From positions 51 to 64,050 of the forward strand of contig JAGXLL010000011.1 of assembly GCA_018334675.1 (NCBI GenBank): DNA of 64,000 bases. Reading direction: 5' to 3'. Position numbers and translations under genes: made by a program. Positions 37,508-46,428 of this stretch are shown piece by piece; position 1 is the first letter of the stretch; every line of letters starts with the position of its first letter. The notes beneath the pieces are model-generated. The model did not search any database, was not told where the DNA came from, and was given only the letters and a program-made list of their open reading frames with translations. This stretch comes from Bacteroidales bacterium. GTDB taxonomy: Bacteria > Bacteroidota > Bacteroidia > Bacteroidales > UBA12077.

Positions 37508-39178
37508 ATGATGCGTATATTGATACTACTATTGCTTGGGGCTTTGGCCATGCCCCACTTCACATCGGCACAGGATATCGGACAGGTAGGAAAAGGCGAT
37601 GCCCTGGATCTAACCGGATCACTAAGCTTCAGCACAGGCTACTACAATACCAGCCTGGGCTATAACCGGCAAGATCCTTTTGCCTACAGGCTTACAGGTA
37701 ACGCTGTGTTGTCGGTCTATAACTGGCAGATTCCCTTTACGCTCTCCTATGCCAATCAGCAGTTCAACTCCAGCAATCCCTTTCAACAGTTTGGCATATC
37801 ACCCCGTTACAAATGGATCAGGATGCATGCAGGCTACTCCAGCATGTCCTTTTCCCCCTACACCCTGAACAACCATACCTTCCTGGGTGGAGGCCTGGAA
37901 ATCACTCCCGGTAAGTTCCGCTTTAGCGTGATGTATGGCAGGCTACGTGAACGCCAGAGCATGGTTGAGAACCAACTGATGTCTTTCAGGCCGCCTGCCT
38001 ATAAACGATTGGGCTATGGCATGAAGATCGGCTATGGCACGGCACAGAACCACCTCGATCTGATTGTTTTCAAGGGCAAAGACGATACCACTTCCCTGTC
38101 CCCTTCTGCCAACCTACCCATTCTTCCTGCCGAAAACCTTGTAGTGGGTATATCTACACGGTTGCAGCTGCTGAAAAATGTGAGTTGGGAGGTACATGCC
38201 AGCGGAAGCGCTTATACACGTAACCTTTACTCCGATCCTTTGGCGGCCGAAGAGATCAACCTACCCAATTTCCTCACCAACTTATATGAACCCAGGTTCT
38301 CGAGCCGGTTCAATTATGCGGGTCACACCTCCCTGAACCTTCAGCTGGGCAACTTCGGCATCAAAGGAACCTACCGCAGGGTGCAGCCCGAATACAAGTC
38401 CATGGGCGTGTATTACCTGAAAAATGATGTGGAACAATATACCATCGCCCCGAACTTCCGGCTTTTCAAAGGCAGGGTAAGCCTCTCCGCCTCCCTGGGC
38501 ATCGAACAGGACAACCTGATGGACAACAAGGCGGTCACCACCCACCGGCAGATCGGATCGGCCAATCTGAACTGGAACACACGCGGGGCTTTCGGCATGA
38601 ACGTACAGTACTCCAACTATCAACTTGATCAAAATCCCGCCTTGCTGAATCTCAACGACACCACCAAAATAGCCCGGGTCAACAGGAACCTGTCGGTCAT
38701 GCCCCGGCTCATCTACCGGAAGGATCAAAAAACACACCAAATAACCCTCTATGCCAATAATCAAACTCTGACCGACAACAATCCCTTTACAGCAGAGATG
38801 ACCGAGACCGACTCCTATACCGGTAACCTGTCCTATGGATACCGCAACGCCAAAAGCGGATGGAACACGAAATCCAGCCTGAACTATACCCAATTGCAAA
38901 CCCCGGTCAATGAGATAGTACGCTATGGCATCACCGCAGGCATTGGCAAAAGCTTGTTTGACGACCGCCTGCAAACAAATCTCAGGACATCCTACAGCCG
39001 GAACAATGTGGACCAGAGCAATGCCGGCCACATCCTGAATTTTCACCTGAATCTGGGATACCGGGTACAATCAGGACATTCACTCAACCTGACGTTAAAG
39101 CTGACGGACAACGAAACCTCCAATGTCAATTTCACGGAAAACATGGCGAATCTGCAGTATACGTACCGGTTCAGATAA
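37508..39178 (+). CDS. Putative outer-membrane beta-barrel (porin-like) protein
   Basis: ATG at 37508 gives the signal peptide MMRILILLLLGALAMPHFTSAQ. Alternating-hydrophobic strand pattern throughout and a C-terminal ...LQYTYRF aromatic OMP signature. Confidence 0.72.
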   Translation: MMRILILLLLGALAMPHFTSAQDIGQVGKGDALDLTGSLSFSTGYYNTSLGYNRQDPFAYRLTGNAVLSVYNWQIPFTLSYANQQFNSSNPFQQFGISPRYKWIRMHAGYSSMSFSPYTLNNHTFLGGGLEITPGKFRFSVMYGRLRERQSMVENQLMSFRPPAYKRLGYGMKIGYGTAQNHLDLIVFKGKDDTTSLSPSANLPILPAENLVVGISTRLQLLKNVSWEVHASGSAYTRNLYSDPLAAEEINLPNFLTNLYEPRFSSRFNYAGHTSLNLQLGNFGIKGTYRRVQPEYKSMGVYYLKNDVEQYTIAPNFRLFKGRVSLSASLGIEQDNLMDNKAVTTHRQIGSANLNWNTRGAFGMNVQYSNYQLDQNPALLNLNDTTKIARVNRNLSVMPRLIYRKDQKTHQITLYANNQTLTDNNPFTAEMTETDSYTGNLSYGYRNAKSGWNTKSSLNYTQLQTPVNEIVRYGITAGIGKSLFDDRLQTNLRTSYSRNNVDQSNAGHILNFHLNLGYRVQSGHSLNLTLKLTDNETSNVNFTENMANLQYTYRFR

Positions 39179-39184
39179 AACCAA

Positions 39185-39310
39185 AAATTGAAGTTAGAGT
39201 TGAAAAAAGTTGAAAGTTGAAAAGAAATTAAAGGTTGAAAAAAGTTGAACGTGGAAAAAAGTTGAAAGATTAACATTGAACATTCAATTCAACATCCTAA
39301 CATTCAACAT
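39185..39310. repeat. Opposed GTTGAA word arrays between convergent genes
   Basis: Six exact GTTGAA words on the + strand (39198-39266), then AACATTC/TTCAAC words (39270-39310), which read GAATGTT/GTTGAA on the - strand. Confidence 0.75.
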
Positions 39311-40603
39311 TTACATCTGTCCGATAAACCCTCCGGTAAGACGTGTGAGGTTGGTTCGTGAGTCGATCAGGTTGTATATCGAGCGCAGCCTTTGAAGGGC
39401 AGCATTGATATATATAAGTTGTATGTCCCGGTAATTAAAGGAGTTGATGGTTCCGTTGCGGAACTTCTCCTGGGCGATCTCCAGGTTGAGCTCGGCTGCC
39501 TCCAGATTCTCTTCAGCCACCTGCAACAGGTTGGTGCGCACATCATAGCGGTCGTATTCATTATAGAGCACATTGATCAGGCTGTGTTTGATCTCATCCG
39601 TCTCGGTTTGCGTGATCTCTTCATTGACTCTGGCCACCTCAACGGCACGTTTACGGGTACCGCCCGTATAGATGTCGTAGCTCAGGGTGAGGTTGGCAAA
39701 AGGCGATATGGATTCACGGGTAACCGGGTCGAGTCCTTCATTTTGGGTTCTCGACCATGAATTGTCGACCCCTGCTGAAAGTCTTAGCGAAGGATACAGG
39801 TCACTTTCCTGCAGCCTCACCTGGTCTTTCTGCAGCATCAGGTTGGCATATTGGTTCTGAAGGGTCTGGTTATTGGAAAGCATCTTATCCAACAAATCAC
39901 TGAGCTTGTAGGAAGAAGTATCTGCCTGGAAGGAGTCGGTGAAGTTCCACCGCTGATTGGGCTCTTCTCCAAGAACAAAATTCAGGTTGCGGATGGCGTT
40001 GCGCAGCACGACCTGCTGATTCAGATAGGCAGAGGAATCTTCAAGGTACACATTCTTGGCCTGAAGCACATCGTAGCTCAGTGCACTGCCCAGCTCCCGG
40101 CGCATCACCTCATAGCGGTAACGGTCGCCCGAGAGGCGCATCACCCGCTGAAGCACCTCGAGCTGTTCCTCTTGTAGGAGGACGTTATAATATCCCTGAA
40201 TGACATCCTGTATGGTGTTTTCCACTACCACGGCTGAACGGCCTTTGGCAAGGGTTTCCAGAGTATTCAGCCTGCTCTTGGTGACCTGAACCCGGTAACC
40301 ATCAAAAAGGGTCCAGTTCAGACCTATACCCCCGAAAAGGTTATTGGAGGAAGAATTGTTGAGGGCATCGAAGTTGTTGGAAGAGGTGGCATCGAAACCC
40401 ACCCTGGGATATCGCCCGGCGGTGCCCCAGTTGTTGTTGATCGAGGCAATCTCTTCCTGGGACTTGGAGATAATGATGCCGTAATTGTTGTCAAGTGCTT
40501 TTTCCAGGGCCGCTGAAAGTGTCAGGTTCTCCTGGGCCGGCAGGCCTGAAGCAAGCAGAAGCAATCCCGGGAGGGCTGCCGCATATTTTATGATTCGAAA
40601 CAT
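39311..40603 (-). CDS. TolC-family outer membrane efflux protein
   Basis: 430 aa. Signal peptide, LTLSAALEKALDNNYGI start and duplicated coiled-coil/barrel repeat pattern. Last gene of the RND operon. Confidence 0.88.
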   Translation of the reverse strand: MFRIIKYAAALPGLLLLASGLPAQENLTLSAALEKALDNNYGIIISKSQEEIASINNNWGTAGRYPRVGFDATSSNNFDALNNSSSNNLFGGIGLNWTLFDGYRVQVTKSRLNTLETLAKGRSAVVVENTIQDVIQGYYNVLLQEEQLEVLQRVMRLSGDRYRYEVMRRELGSALSYDVLQAKNVYLEDSSAYLNQQVVLRNAIRNLNFVLGEEPNQRWNFTDSFQADTSSYKLSDLLDKMLSNNQTLQNQYANLMLQKDQVRLQESDLYPSLRLSAGVDNSWSRTQNEGLDPVTRESISPFANLTLSYDIYTGGTRKRAVEVARVNEEITQTETDEIKHSLINVLYNEYDRYDVRTNLLQVAEENLEAAELNLEIAQEKFRNGTINSFNYRDIQLIYINAALQRLRSIYNLIDSRTNLTRLTGGFIGQM

Positions 40604-40696
40604 ATTTTCATCTTTTTTTGAGCGTATGTGAATACAAGGTTCCTAAAAACTCCAGATTGTCCATGGGGTCTACCCGTTTAATACTTTTGAAACGTT

Positions 40697-43600
40697 CTAC
40701 TTTTCTTTATCCTCTTGCGATCCGGAGGAGAGGCTGCTGTTGTTGGCCTCCATGACTGCTCCTGTACCGTTGGTTTCATACCTCCTTCGGCGGTTTTGCA
40801 GCATGATGGCCACTTCAACCTCTTCCGGCCGGGGCTTGGTGCCTGTCCATAGATATTTGAAGTACACCCGCACATCGTTCAGCAACATGATCAGCACGGG
40901 AAAGAATATCAGAATAAAGATGGTTCCGATAAATACACCATAGGCCAGGCTGATGGCCATAGGTATCAGAAACTGTGCCTGAACGCTCTTTTCCAGGATG
41001 ATCGGAAACAGACCGACTGTAGTGGTGATACTGGTCAGGATGATGGGGCGAAGCCTTAATTTCCCTGCCTCCACCACAGCATCTCTCACCTTATGGCCTT
41101 TGAGAAGCAAATTATCGTATTTGGCAAGGAACACGATGGCGTCATTGATGATCACACCAGTCAGGGCAATCATCCCCCAAAGACTTATGATGGACAGGGG
41201 TTTTCCATGAATGCCATGCCCCCAGAAAACTCCGAGCATCGAGAGGGGGATCATGGCCAGGATGATCACCGTTTGATTGACGCTCTTAAAATGCAGCACC
41301 ATCACGAATATGATGATGATGAAGGCGATCAAAAAGTACCCTCCCACCCGGGAAAGGGCTTCATTGCTGTGTTTGGCCTGCCCCTGCTCCATATATCGTA
41401 TCCCGCTGAAACGCGCTTGCACCTGCGGCATGATCTCACGCTCAATCTGCCCGATGATCTCCGGGACCGATGCATAGGGGTCGACCGTCTCGGCTTCAAC
41501 ACGTATCTCGCGCGAACCGTTATAGCGATTGATGGCCACCGGGCCCCGTTCCAGATGATAATCGGCCAGCTCGATCAAAGGGAATTCCCCGCCGGGGGTC
41601 TTGATCTTCATCTTCTCCATCTGACCGCGGGTGAGTCGATCATCTTTGGGATACCGCACCCAAACCCGAAGCTCATCGCGGCCATCCTGCAGGCGTTGTG
41701 CCTGGCCGCCGTAGAAACCCTGCCGGACCTGGGTGGCAATAGCAGCCTCGTCCAGCCCGAGGAAATAGGCTTTGGGCTTAAGATCCAGCCGTACCTCCTG
41801 CTTGCCCAGGGCCACATTCTCCGTGATATCCTTAAGCTGGGGCAGCTCCGTAAGGAGATCCATCAAATAGTTCTTGGCCTCCTCCAGCTCATCCAGGTTC
41901 CTCGACATCAACCCGATGGACACGGGTGAGCCCCAGCGGCTTCTTCCTCCGGCAGTATATTTTCGCGCTTCGGGCACCGGACCGATCTTCTCACGAACCA
42001 TATTGGCAATCTTATAACCACTCAACGGCAACCCTTCCAGGTCAACCGGATAGACACGGATATTACCTGCATGCGCCCCCCTTTCCTGCCCCCGGAAAGC
42101 AAAGCCCATGGTCGAGCTCACACGCTCAATGATATCGGTATCCGTGTCCACCTGTTCCTTCAAATCATCATTCACCTCCCAGATGGCAGCCTCAAAGCGC
42201 CTGAGGTATTCCTTGGTCTGTTTTTCTCCATCACCCGGGGTGAAAGCCACATTCACCTCAAAACTGTCGAAATCCACCATCGGAAAGAAGGTATTCTTGA
42301 TGTGGCCTCCGTAGTACAAGCCGGCGGTGATCAGTATCAAGGCAATGGGAATGGCCACTACCGCATGGCGGTATTTCACCAGCCAATGCAGCATGTAATG
42401 ATAGATGCTCTCGCGCAGCCAGATAATGAAACCTTCAAAATACCTCTTGATTCCTTTTCTCTTGGCCTGATGGCTTTTGCGGTTCAACACGCGGTGGCTG
42501 CTCAGGTGAGCCGGAAGGACAAAGAAAGCCTCGAAAAGGGAAAAGAACAGGGCGCCCACTACCACAATGGCCATGTGGTACATCATCTCCATACGGGTGC
42601 CCGACAAAAACAACAACGGTGAGAAGGCCACAATGGTAGTGGTGATGGATGTCAGCACGGCCGGTAAGACCTCCATGGTACCCTCCACAGCAGCTTTCAT
42701 CGGACTCATACCGTTTTCAAAATACAAATAGATGTTTTCCGCGATCACAATCCCATCATCCACCAATATACCGATCACCAGGATCATACCGAAAAGAGAG
42801 ATCATGTTGATGGTAATGCCCAACTGATAAGCCATTATGAACATCGCCAGGAAGCTGAAGGGAATACCGAAAGATACCCAGAGGGACAGACGGATGCTCA
42901 GAAAAAGTGAAAGAGACAAAACCACCAGCAACAACCCGATCGTCCCGTTTTTGGTAAGCAGATCGAGCCGGCTTTGCAAGATATCCAGAAAAGCCCTGGA
43001 CACATCCAGCTGCACACCCTGATTCCGGGCATTAAAATCCTCCATGTACTGGTTGGCATATTCGGTTATGGCCTCCAGGTCCTCTTCCGGAAGCTTCTCC
43101 ACATTGATGGAGATGGCTTGTTGACCATTGACCCAGGACTCATAGGAAGTATCGGCAAATTTCTTCTTGACTTCGGCTACATCCCGGATACGCAAGAAGC
43201 CACCATCGGGTTTTCCCCTGAGGATGATATGACCGATCTTATTGGGATCGGTGCTGCGTGAACGCAACCGGATGAGCAGTTCCTCCTCGGCCGATTTGAT
43301 CTGACCACCCGATATATCGCGGTTATTCGAGCGTATGGCATTCATGATCTCAGCAAAGGTCAGGTCGTAGCGCAGCAAAGCCTCTTCTTTTATCTCAACG
43401 GAGAGTTCAGGAGAAGGGAAGCCGGATAGGCTGACCTGGCTCATCACACCTGAATTGAATAGATCCTCCTCGATGCGTTGGGCATGGTCTTTCAGGGTCA
43501 TCAAATCCACCTGCGACCCATCAACCGGCCGCAGAGACATACGCACCCCCGGCGAACGGGAGCGCCTCTTGGAAACAATAGGACGCTCTGCCGCGGAGGG

Positions 43601-43963
43601 CAAAGCCGAGATGCCATCCACCGCATTCTTAACCTCCATCAATACCTCGTCGATGGGGTATTCGCCGGTGGTTTCAATGGTCACACTCGAGGAGTTCTCC
43701 ATAGAAGTGGAAGTGATCTCCTTGATTCCCACAATACCCCTCACCGCTTCTTCTATACGCGCAGTAATACCTTCTTCCATCTCTTCGGGCGAAGCACCCG
43801 GATAAAAAACAGAGACACTGATGTAACGACTCTCCCGCTCCGGGAAAAAAGCCTTGTTCATGTTGAGCAGGCTGTAACCACCGGCCAGCAAAACAAAAGC
43901 AATGATCAGATTGGCATATATAGGGTATTCAACAAAACGCTCTACAATTCTTCTCATAATCAT
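40697..43963 (-). CDS. RND efflux transporter permease (AcrB/CzcA superfamily)
   Basis: 1088 aa. 12-TM architecture with two large periplasmic loops. N-terminus RFVEYPIYANLIIAFVLLAGGYSL. Confidence 0.92.
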   Translation of the reverse strand: MIMRRIVERFVEYPIYANLIIAFVLLAGGYSLLNMNKAFFPERESRYISVSVFYPGASPEEMEEGITARIEEAVRGIVGIKEITSTSMENSSSVTIETTGEYPIDEVLMEVKNAVDGISALPSAAERPIVSKRRSRSPGVRMSLRPVDGSQVDLMTLKDHAQRIEEDLFNSGVMSQVSLSGFPSPELSVEIKEEALLRYDLTFAEIMNAIRSNNRDISGGQIKSAEEELLIRLRSRSTDPNKIGHIILRGKPDGGFLRIRDVAEVKKKFADTSYESWVNGQQAISINVEKLPEEDLEAITEYANQYMEDFNARNQGVQLDVSRAFLDILQSRLDLLTKNGTIGLLLVVLSLSLFLSIRLSLWVSFGIPFSFLAMFIMAYQLGITINMISLFGMILVIGILVDDGIVIAENIYLYFENGMSPMKAAVEGTMEVLPAVLTSITTTIVAFSPLLFLSGTRMEMMYHMAIVVVGALFFSLFEAFFVLPAHLSSHRVLNRKSHQAKRKGIKRYFEGFIIWLRESIYHYMLHWLVKYRHAVVAIPIALILITAGLYYGGHIKNTFFPMVDFDSFEVNVAFTPGDGEKQTKEYLRRFEAAIWEVNDDLKEQVDTDTDIIERVSSTMGFAFRGQERGAHAGNIRVYPVDLEGLPLSGYKIANMVREKIGPVPEARKYTAGGRSRWGSPVSIGLMSRNLDELEEAKNYLMDLLTELPQLKDITENVALGKQEVRLDLKPKAYFLGLDEAAIATQVRQGFYGGQAQRLQDGRDELRVWVRYPKDDRLTRGQMEKMKIKTPGGEFPLIELADYHLERGPVAINRYNGSREIRVEAETVDPYASVPEIIGQIEREIMPQVQARFSGIRYMEQGQAKHSNEALSRVGGYFLIAFIIIIFVMVLHFKSVNQTVIILAMIPLSMLGVFWGHGIHGKPLSIISLWGMIALTGVIINDAIVFLAKYDNLLLKGHKVRDAVVEAGKLRLRPIILTSITTTVGLFPIILEKSVQAQFLIPMAISLAYGVFIGTIFILIFFPVLIMLLNDVRVYFKYLWTGTKPRPEEVEVAIMLQNRRRRYETNGTGAVMEANNSSLSSGSQEDKEK

Positions 43964-43984
43964 TCATTCAATTGAAAAGGGTTA

Positions 43985-45172
43985 TCACTGGCCGGATGTG
44001 TCTGTGGCGGCAGGGGCCTGCATGCCGGCTTGTCCTTCCCCCTGGTTATGGATCTCTACTTTGGTTCCTTCCTGAACGTTAATCAAGGGCTGCATCACCA
44101 ACATATCACCTTCCGATATACCCTTGAACAAGAGGGTTTTCTCGTTGACTTTTACGATGTCGATGGTGCGCTTGTGAAGTCGGTTATCATTGACAATAAA
44201 GACCTCATTGGAATTAAAAACCACGTTTCTGGGCACTTCCATCACCCCTTCCACCGGATGCCCCGGAAATGTGGCGCTCAGATATTCACCGGCCAGCAAA
44301 GGCTTTTCTTTGTTGTTGCGCACACGTACAAAGACGCCTTGCGACTGATTATCCGCATCGACAAAAGAATTTTTTCTTACTACACGACCTTTCCATTGTA
44401 CATCACGATTGTCGGAATGGATCGCAACCTCATCACCGATCTTCACCCATCTGGCATCAAAACGCTCCAGCGGCACTTCCAGCTCCAGCATATCGGTCCG
44501 GATGATATGGGCCACCCGGCCTCCCATGTTGGTATAAGCGCCGGCTTCCATATACACATCCTTGTAGGTGCCATCAAAAGGTGCCACCACCTTGTGACGG
44601 CTCAGCCGAAGCTCATCCTGCTTGATATCATAATATTCACTGAGCACGTTCCGGCTGGCAAGGAATATGCGAAGCTGTTCCTTCTTTACCTCCGGAAAGG
44701 AAGGCAACTTCCTGTCTAAATCGATCGAATTAAAAAACGCCCGGAAACGTTTTTCATCTCCGGGGTAATCAATGGCCAGATCAGGCAGCAGGCTGGCCAG
44801 ATTATGCAGAAAGCGGCTCTTCTTCGACTTAAGTGCCAGGGCCGCCTCATCCGGATATATGGTGAAAAGAACATCTCCCCGGGAAAAACGACTACCCTTT
44901 TTCAGGGGAATATCGGAAACCAGAATCTTACCCGAAGCCTCTGCCACTACATCCACTGTTGCCAGTGAAGTTAGTCTGCCATCGGCCTGCACCGGCGATA
45001 CCACTTGCTGATACATTACAGGTTCAGCACGTACATATCTTTTTGCCTCAACAGGGGCCCGCTTGGGCGGCTCTTCCCCCTGCGCAATCAAAAATCGCAT
45101 GATCCCATAGGCCAATCCCACAATAAAGATGAAGGCGGCCACAATAATAATTCGGCGGTCAATTTTTTTCAT
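43985..45172 (-). CDS. RND efflux periplasmic adaptor (membrane fusion protein)
   Basis: 395 aa. N-terminal anchor, lipoyl/beta-barrel-like segments. First gene of the MFP-RND-TolC operon. Confidence 0.86.
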   Translation of the reverse strand: MKKIDRRIIIVAAFIFIVGLAYGIMRFLIAQGEEPPKRAPVEAKRYVRAEPVMYQQVVSPVQADGRLTSLATVDVVAEASGKILVSDIPLKKGSRFSRGDVLFTIYPDEAALALKSKKSRFLHNLASLLPDLAIDYPGDEKRFRAFFNSIDLDRKLPSFPEVKKEQLRIFLASRNVLSEYYDIKQDELRLSRHKVVAPFDGTYKDVYMEAGAYTNMGGRVAHIIRTDMLELEVPLERFDARWVKIGDEVAIHSDNRDVQWKGRVVRKNSFVDADNQSQGVFVRVRNNKEKPLLAGEYLSATFPGHPVEGVMEVPRNVVFNSNEVFIVNDNRLHKRTIDIVKVNEKTLLFKGISEGDMLVMQPLINVQEGTKVEIHNQGEGQAGMQAPAATDTSGQ

Positions 45173-45269
45173 ACATCTGTTCCATTTTTTAAGGCTATCT
45201 GAAACACTCCATATTCAGGAAAGTTTAAGCCCTGAATGCGATTGAAAAACACCTTCCAGGCAAAAAAGT

Positions 45270-45524
45270 TTAATGCGGGACGGTCTTTCTGTTTAAAAAT
45301 CCTTCTAATTTATTAAACAATGGCAGGGTGGGCCAAAAAGGCAGGTCCCACTCATCCGCCGTATCGCTAACCGGATCCAGGTAAAGATGGCGGCACAGCC
45401 TTTCAATGGTTTGTATCTCATCATCTTCCAGATGAAAATCAAACACCTCCAGGTTGGCCTGCTTATGATGGGGAATAGCTGCTTTGGGAGGGGTAAGGCA
45501 CTCGAAAATGAGACCGATGTGGCA
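45270..45524 (-). pseudogene. C-terminal fragment of an aldo/keto reductase
   Basis: The minus strand reads ...LTPPKAAIPHHKQANLEVFDFHLEDDEIQTIERL...-stop. This resembles the AKR tail (IPKS..P.RI..N..VFDF.L...E...I..L). It is preceded by an in-frame stop, so only ~84 codons remain. Confidence 0.45.
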
Positions 45525-45683
45525 TCATTCCCTGTTGAAAAGACACAATCTGGGGTGAGACTAAAACTTCAACCCTCTGGTGCTAAAAATATAGGAAAAA
45601 TTCCGTATTTATACATATTTTTTAAATATCCGGTGCCTGCCATTCCATTTTTTTCATAACTTGTATAAGATAAAGGCATTAGA

Positions 45684-46150
45684 ATGAGGAACTGGTATGA
45701 ACTTTATTTTGGAAAAACGCGCACCCAGGTTCTGACGCCGCCTGCCATGCTCCGGTCTTACATCAGGAAATATCTGATGTACGAGAACCGGGAAGGCAGA
45801 CACATTGATCGTCCCCTCCGGGCTCTACCCAACGGATTTACAGAGATTTTTCTGCATCTGGAGGGCAGTCAGGTATAACCACCGGTGGTCATTTCTACCT
45901 GAACCGGGCCTATACATTCACCTAATCTGTGCATGGCCTCAACATCTCCCTTCTTCAAATGCTATATGGCCATAAGGCCTTCCAGGCCTTACATATACCC
46001 GGCACGTTATCTCAAAAACCATCCAGCCAAGACATTTTGGCCGTTTTTGACGGTGGAAACCCGGAAGAGATCAAAGGCCCGTTCAACCGGCAAAAGATCT
46101 TCTATGATATTGAAGATCTTCATGGGTAAAACCCGGATAATAAAGGGGCC
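45684..46150 (+). pseudogene. Remnant of an AraC-family regulator (N-terminal DUF6597-like part only, frames broken)
   Basis: MRNWYEL...LTPPAMLRSYIRKYLMYE...LRALPNGFTEIFLHLEG fits the N-terminal sensor-domain pattern. The ORF stops after 64 codons. Downstream frames are fragmented and no HTH domain is present. Confidence 0.38.
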
Positions 46151-46428
46151 AGGGTGATTAGTGCAATTCCCCATGAATATCGGTCTACCCTAAGAAACAA
46201 TTGACAGGCTTTTTCTCTTTTCACTATTGCCTGGTGTCAATAAATATGCAGCCATCCACTCTCCTGTGATAGGATAAAAATTAAGCCAAACCAGGACAAA
46301 AAATTCATAAAATTTGACAGCTGCCTTTTGAATTCATATCTTAAGGGTTTTAAACAGATGGGTGGGATCTTCTTTGAATGCTCCAACCCATCTCTCTAAT
46401 ATGTTTAACCAAATCCAACATGTCGATT

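Noticed and set aside
38282-39070. 262-aa ORF on the - strand
   Set aside because: It is antisense to the beta-barrel gene, has no signal peptide or motif, and sits inside a tightly packed + strand operon.
39185-39310. CRISPR-like appearance of the repeated GTTGAA words
   Set aside because: The repeat unit is only 6-9 nt with 2-15-nt A-rich gaps. There are no 25-40-nt repeats or unique spacers, and no cas genes in the window.
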